Of a stretch of 64,000 bases of DNA, positions 60,226 through 64,000 are shown in pieces. Below the pieces are notes generated by a model that ran no database searches, was not told the origin of the DNA, and worked only from the letters and a program-made list of their open reading frames with translations. Within the stretch, counting starts at the first letter, position 1; each line of letters opens with the position of its first letter. The DNA is from Candidatus Limnocylindria bacterium (GTDB lineage: Bacteria; Chloroflexota; Limnocylindria; QHBO01). Location: NCBI GenBank assembly GCA_036258735.1, contig DATADC010000073.1, forward strand, positions 6,694 through 70,693, given 5' to 3'. Made by a program: the position numbers and the translations under genes.

Positions 60226-61128
60226 CTAGCCGCCGGCCAGCGCCTCCAGGACGGGGAGGTGCTCGGTGGTGCCGTCGGGAGCCAGCGGGATGACGGCCAC
60301 GTGGTCGGCGCCGGCCTGGACCAGCTCCGCGATGCGCCCGTGCAGCGCGTCGGCGTCGCCCCAGGCGACCATGGCGTCCACCAGGGCGTCGGATCCCGGC
60401 TTCTCCCAGTCGGCCGCGGCGAACCCTTGCGCCTCCCAGCCGGCCTGGTAGGCGGGCGTGCGCAGGTACGGAGCCAGGTAGGCGCGCGCGGAGGCGCGCG
60501 CGGCATCGGCGTCGGTCTCCAGGACGGCCGGCATGGGGACGGCCAGCACCGGCCGTCGGTCGGCGGCGGCCCCGTCCAGGACCGATCGCATCCACGCCAG
60601 CCGCGCGGCGCCGACCAGGTACGGGAAGGCGCCATCGGCCTCGGTCGCCGCCAGGGTCAGCATCCGCTCGCGCAGCGCCGCCAGGATGACGGGCGGCTCG
60701 GCCCAGCCCTCCACCATCGGCCCCTTGTAGACCGCGGACCGATAGGCCCCCAGGAACTCGCGCATGCGAGTCAGCGGGCGCTCGAAGGCATGTCCGCGTA
60801 GGCGCTCGGCGAGGTGTGGGTGCGAGACGCCGAGTCCGAGCACGAAGCGGCCGCCGGTCGCCTCATGCAGGGTCAGCGCCGCCATGCGCGTGGTCTGAGC
60901 GTCGTGGCCCCAGATGGACACGATGCTGGTCCCCAGCCGGACCGAATGCGTCTCGCCGGCCAGCAGGCCCAGCAAGGTGAGCGGCTCGCGGCCGACCGTC
61001 TCGGGCACCCACAGCGTTCCGAAGCCGAGCTCGTCCACGCGCCGGGCATACTCGCGTGCCTCGCCGATGGCGAGGGAGTCCAAGTGCCCCCACGCCCCGA
61101 GGCGCCCGAGGTCGACCGGTTCGCTCAC
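60226..61128 (-). CDS. LLM-class (luciferase-like) flavin/F420-dependent oxidoreductase
   Basis: TLWVPETVGREPLTLLGLLAGETHSVRLGTSIVSIW...FVLGLGVSHPHLAE is a TIM-barrel LLM signature. Confidence 0.88.
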   Translation of the reverse strand: MSEPVDLGRLGAWGHLDSLAIGEAREYARRVDELGFGTLWVPETVGREPLTLLGLLAGETHSVRLGTSIVSIWGHDAQTTRMAALTLHEATGGRFVLGLGVSHPHLAERLRGHAFERPLTRMREFLGAYRSAVYKGPMVEGWAEPPVILAALRERMLTLAATEADGAFPYLVGAARLAWMRSVLDGAAADRRPVLAVPMPAVLETDADAARASARAYLAPYLRTPAYQAGWEAQGFAAADWEKPGSDALVDAMVAWGDADALHGRIAELVQAGADHVAVIPLAPDGTTEHLPVLEALAGG

Positions 61129-61138
61129 GGCGCCGATG

Positions 61139-61903
61139 CTAAGCGCTCCCCAGCCGATACCGCAGGAACAGCTCGTCGCCGTGGCGGTGGACGCTGAGCA
61201 GGCGAGCCGGCACCGGTTGGAGGTCCGCCGGAGCGATCATCGGCAGCCCCTCGGCCCCGACCACCCGGGAACCGATGGTCCAGAGCACCTCGTCCAGCAG
61301 GCCCGCGCCCAGGAAGGCAGCGTTCAGCGTCGGGCCACCCTCGAGCAGGAGCGAGCCGACGCCCGCGGCGGCGAGGCGCTCCAGCAGCCAGCTCGGCTCG
61401 GGCACGTCGGTGGGCGCGACCCACGTCTCGACCCCGGAAAGCGGCCGTTCACCGGCATGCGGGCTCGAGCGGCCGACGGCCACCACGCGGCGCTGATCGG
61501 CGTACCCGAACCAGCGCCGATCGGCCGGGAGAGGCCGGCTTCCGGCCACGACCACGGACAGCGGCTGCGCCGCGCGTCCGGCGGCCGTGCGGCGCGCGGC
61601 TAGGTCGCCTGGCAGGCGCGAATAGAAGTCGTCGGCCAGCAGCGTGCCCGAACCGCTCCCAACCGCGTCGAATCCCGCGCGGTAGAGGCGCATCAGGCGC
61701 CGGTCGGCCCGGCTGCTGAGGCCGTCGGCGGTGCCGTTCAGCTGGGCCCGACCGTCCACGCTGGTCACCATGTTGACGGCAACGCTCGGCCGGCCGGGCG
61801 CAGCGGGAGGCGCGACGTCGGCGAACGCGGCGTCAAGCTCCAGGCCGGCAGCCGGATCGGGCCATAGGCGGTCGACGCGAGGCGGCGAGTCCACGCCGGC
61901 CAT
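61139..61903 (-). CDS. dihydrofolate reductase family protein (RibD C-terminal domain-like pyrimidine reductase)
   Basis: SVAVNMVTSVDGRAQLNGTADGLSSRADRRLMRLYRAGFDAVGSGSGTL...LLLEGGPTLNAAFLGAGLLDE. Confidence 0.85.
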   Translation of the reverse strand: MAGVDSPPRVDRLWPDPAAGLELDAAFADVAPPAAPGRPSVAVNMVTSVDGRAQLNGTADGLSSRADRRLMRLYRAGFDAVGSGSGTLLADDFYSRLPGDLAARRTAAGRAAQPLSVVVAGSRPLPADRRWFGYADQRRVVAVGRSSPHAGERPLSGVETWVAPTDVPEPSWLLERLAAAGVGSLLLEGGPTLNAAFLGAGLLDEVLWTIGSRVVGAEGLPMIAPADLQPVPARLLSVHRHGDELFLRYRLGSA

Positions 61904-61917
61904 GATGGCAGGCGGCC

Positions 61918-62349
61918 CTATGCGGGCGGCTGGAACTCCTCGAGGCCCTCGACCTCCGCGGTGGAGACCTGCACGTGGACCTCCGCGGGCGTCAGGCTGG
62001 TGACCTCGTCGGCCGGGATGACGCGTGTCGGGCCGCCGGTGGCCGGCTCGAGCGCGATGCCGTGGAAGATGCCCTCGGACTCGGTGCCGAGCATGTCCGC
62101 CACCCTTCCGATCTTGACGCCCTCGCGACCGACCACGTCGGTACCGGCCTGGACGTAGTTCCAGGCCACCGGGTCATTCGGCCCAGGCAGGTCGAGGTCG
62201 GCGGCCTGCGGCTGTCCCTCGCCCCCTGTGTCGCCCGCAGTGTCGCCCGGCGGGAGCGTGCGCGGCGCGGGATCGATTCCCCCCTTCATGCCGGGGTCGT
62301 CGATGGCGCCCGGCTGGCGGTCGAAATCGTTCATGGCAATCGGGGTCAT
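61918..62349 (-). CDS. PRC-barrel-like (DUF2171-like) protein
   Basis: C-terminal VVGREGVKIGRVADMLGTESEGIFHGIAL... resembles PRC-barrel/DUF2171. The N-terminal about 60 aa are low-complexity, so the true start may be internal. Confidence 0.5.
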   Translation of the reverse strand: MTPIAMNDFDRQPGAIDDPGMKGGIDPAPRTLPPGDTAGDTGGEGQPQAADLDLPGPNDPVAWNYVQAGTDVVGREGVKIGRVADMLGTESEGIFHGIALEPATGGPTRVIPADEVTSLTPAEVHVQVSTAEVEGLEEFQPPA

Positions 62350-62385
62350 GCACGAGGGGTGCCATCCCTCACTCGCCCTGCCGGC

Positions 62386-63285
62386 TCAGAGCACGAAGGG
62401 CGGCGACATACCGATGAACCGATCAAACCGACCGAACGGTCGGCTGGAGAGCAGGAAGGTGAAGAACGGGTCCATCCGGAAGCCACGGGCCAGCAGGTGG
62501 GTCATGGCCGCCTCGTTGACCATGGGCACCTCGAAGCCGATCTCCTTGCGACCCGCCCCCGCGGCCCACGACTCGACGTGCGCCAGGACCCCGACCATGT
62601 CGGCGGGCTCCAGCGCGGCGATGGGACCCAGGCCGTGCGGGCCGACGAAGGCGAAGGCCACCTCCGCGCCGTCACGGTAGTAGATGTACGCCTCGCGCTC
62701 GGTGAGGAGCCAATCGAACTCTTCGCCGCGATCGAAGTCGAGCACCGCTGCCTCGATTCGCTGAAGAGCGGGGACGTCGGCGAGCCCGGCCTTGACCGGC
62801 ACCAGCCCTGGGTCGAGCGGTGCATCGGCCCGCGGCGCGCCTTCCAGCGCGGCGATCGGGAAACGCGCGAAAGTTCCGGCGGCGTGATAGCGGCGCAGGG
62901 CACGGACGTCGGTGGTGGCGATAACCACGCGCACCGTCCCGCGGTTGGCCGGAAAGGCTCGCTCCAGCAGGCGGCGGCCGACGCCGGCTGACTGGGCCTG
63001 GGGATCGACGAAGAACTCGGACAGCTCGAACAGGCCGCCGCGCTGCACGGAGCGGGCATAGCCGACCACGCGGCCGTGGGCCGTCTGCTCGGCCAGCCAC
63101 CACTCCGCGGCGTGACCGCTGAGGTATTCGAACGTCGACCCCAGGCGCGTCCAGAGGTCGCCCGGGTCCGGCCGCCAAGGCATGTTCATCCGCGCCGTGA
63201 GATCTGTGATGGCAGCCAGGAAGACGCCGTAGCAGGCGCGGCTGTCCGCGGGGGTGGCGGGGCGGATGGCGATCGAGACCGTCAC
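62386..63285 (-). CDS. GNAT family N-acetyltransferase (tandem/duplicated GNAT fold)
   Basis: VVGYARSVQRGGLFELSEFFVDPQAQSAGVGRRLLERAF is a GNAT motif A. 299 aa, consistent with two GNAT halves. Confidence 0.72.
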   Translation of the reverse strand: MTVSIAIRPATPADSRACYGVFLAAITDLTARMNMPWRPDPGDLWTRLGSTFEYLSGHAAEWWLAEQTAHGRVVGYARSVQRGGLFELSEFFVDPQAQSAGVGRRLLERAFPANRGTVRVVIATTDVRALRRYHAAGTFARFPIAALEGAPRADAPLDPGLVPVKAGLADVPALQRIEAAVLDFDRGEEFDWLLTEREAYIYYRDGAEVAFAFVGPHGLGPIAALEPADMVGVLAHVESWAAGAGRKEIGFEVPMVNEAAMTHLLARGFRMDPFFTFLLSSRPFGRFDRFIGMSPPFVL

Positions 63286-63315
63286 GGCGCCCGAGCGTAT
63301 CAGGCGCAGGCACCG

Positions 63316-63597
63316 TCAGTCGTAGATGCGCTCCAGGTGCCAGGTGCCGCGCAGCTCGTCCAGGTAGACGGTGCACAGCAGCCCGTCGCGGGTCACCAGC
63401 TTGAAGTAGGCGCGCGCCACCGGGGTGCGCCACCAGTCGTCGTCGACGCGCCAGCGGTTGCAGACGCCCACCTCGCCGTGTGTGGCGCCGTCCAGCCGCA
63501 GGCGGACCGGGGTGCCGGCGGCATCGGTCTCGACCTGGATCAGGGGGTGGCCGGCAACCAGGCGCGTCACGGCAGCCTCATGGCGCCGATGGACCAA
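63316..63597 (-). CDS. ImuB C-terminal-domain-like small ORF (possibly the frameshifted 3' end of imuB)
   Basis: VCNRWRVDDDWWRTPVARAYFKLVTRDGLLCTVYLDELRGTWHLERIYD; from memory, the RWRVDDxWWR motif characterises the ImuB C-terminal domain. It overlaps the upstream ORF (stop at 63578) by 20 nt in a different frame. Confidence 0.4.
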   Translation of the reverse strand: MVHRRHEAAVTRLVAGHPLIQVETDAAGTPVRLRLDGATHGEVGVCNRWRVDDDWWRTPVARAYFKLVTRDGLLCTVYLDELRGTWHLERIYD

Positions 63598-64000
63598 TGT
63601 CGACCAGGCGCGTCCTCCGCTCGGGCAGCGACGCGGTCGGGCGCTCGAGCTCGGCGCGCCACAGGCGGCCCGTCCCGAACCGGGCGGCCAGGCGCTCCAG
63701 CGACCAGCGCAGCTCCTCCCAGCGCGCGGCCTGTGCCTCGAAGGCGGGCAGCTGACGGCTAGCGGGGTCGCTCAGCCGGTCCAGGGCGAGGTGAAGGGCC
63801 ACCACGCGGGGCTCCTCTGCGTCCTCGACGCGGTGGCGGGCCAGTGCCTCCAACCGCCCGATGAGCAGGCGCGCAATCCAGTCCGGTTCGAGTGCCGGCG
63901 CCGGGAAGGCGAGGCTCACCTCCAGCGGCGGCGCGTCCTCGAGCGCGAGCGCCAGGCGTGCGCGTCCCGGCGCCAGGTGGCGGGCGCGCAGCACGTCGCA
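63578..64000 (-). CDS. imuB: Y-family DNA polymerase-like protein, 3' fragment (ImuB-like); the 5' end lies beyond the window
   Basis: PRVVALHLALDRLSDPASRQLPAF aligns with the end of the DinB little-finger domain (GVRLVGLHVTLLDP...QLVLGL). An extra about 50-aa extension follows before the stop. Runs off the window edge. Confidence 0.45.
   Translation of the reverse strand, partial: CDVLRARHLAPGRARLALALEDAPPLEVSLAFPAPALEPDWIARLLIGRLEALARHRVEDAEEPRVVALHLALDRLSDPASRQLPAFEAQAARWEELRWSLERLAARFGTGRLWRAELERPTASLPERRTRLVDIGPSAP

Noticed and set aside
61975-62991. 338-aa plus ORF antisense to the DUF2171 and GNAT genes
   Set aside because: Spans two minus-strand genes and an intergenic gap. R/G/D-rich composition.

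Overview
This is a 64 kb, roughly 70 % GC, gene-dense chromosomal window from a high-GC bacterium. Most of it is core housekeeping, and almost every gene could be called from the translated ORFs by family-level recognition.

The central ~22 kb on the minus strand keeps the Bacillus-type order lepA-hemW ... hrcA-grpE-dnaK ... dnaJ-prmA-rsmE ... rpsU-yqeY ... pgpH(7TM-HD)-ybeY, with rpsT divergent from the lepA side. F420-type LLM genes and the hrcA-grpE-dnaK arrangement point to a deep-branching Terrabacteria lineage such as Thermoleophilia/Rubrobacteria-like Actinomycetota or Chloroflexota; this is inference, not identification.

Other core genes present are metK, ahcY, apt, acnA, mfd-pth, the translationally coupled ROK-gap-pgk-eno block (no tpiA), carA-carB and a uridine-phosphorylase-like gene.

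Observations worth a second look:
- An SOS-mutasome gene, dnaE2/imuC, sits directly behind a perfect Cheo-type LexA box. An ImuB-like Y-family polymerase gene, apparently split into two ORFs, lies ~5.4 kb upstream at the window edge.
- CarB ends just before the C-terminal allosteric (MGS-like) domain.
- MscL is fused to a C-terminal Cys4 zinc ribbon.
- Ribosomal protein S20 carries an ~85-aa Lys/Ala-rich tail.
- A lamin-tail-domain protein with three OB-like repeats is anchored at both ends and has no nuclease domain.
- A 51-52 bp tandem repeat family occurs at two intergenic loci.
- There are two CIRCE operators and several readable sigma-70 promoters.

No tRNA or rRNA genes, CRISPR arrays or transposases were found. 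All coordinates come from manual reading; gene starts in particular are provisional.
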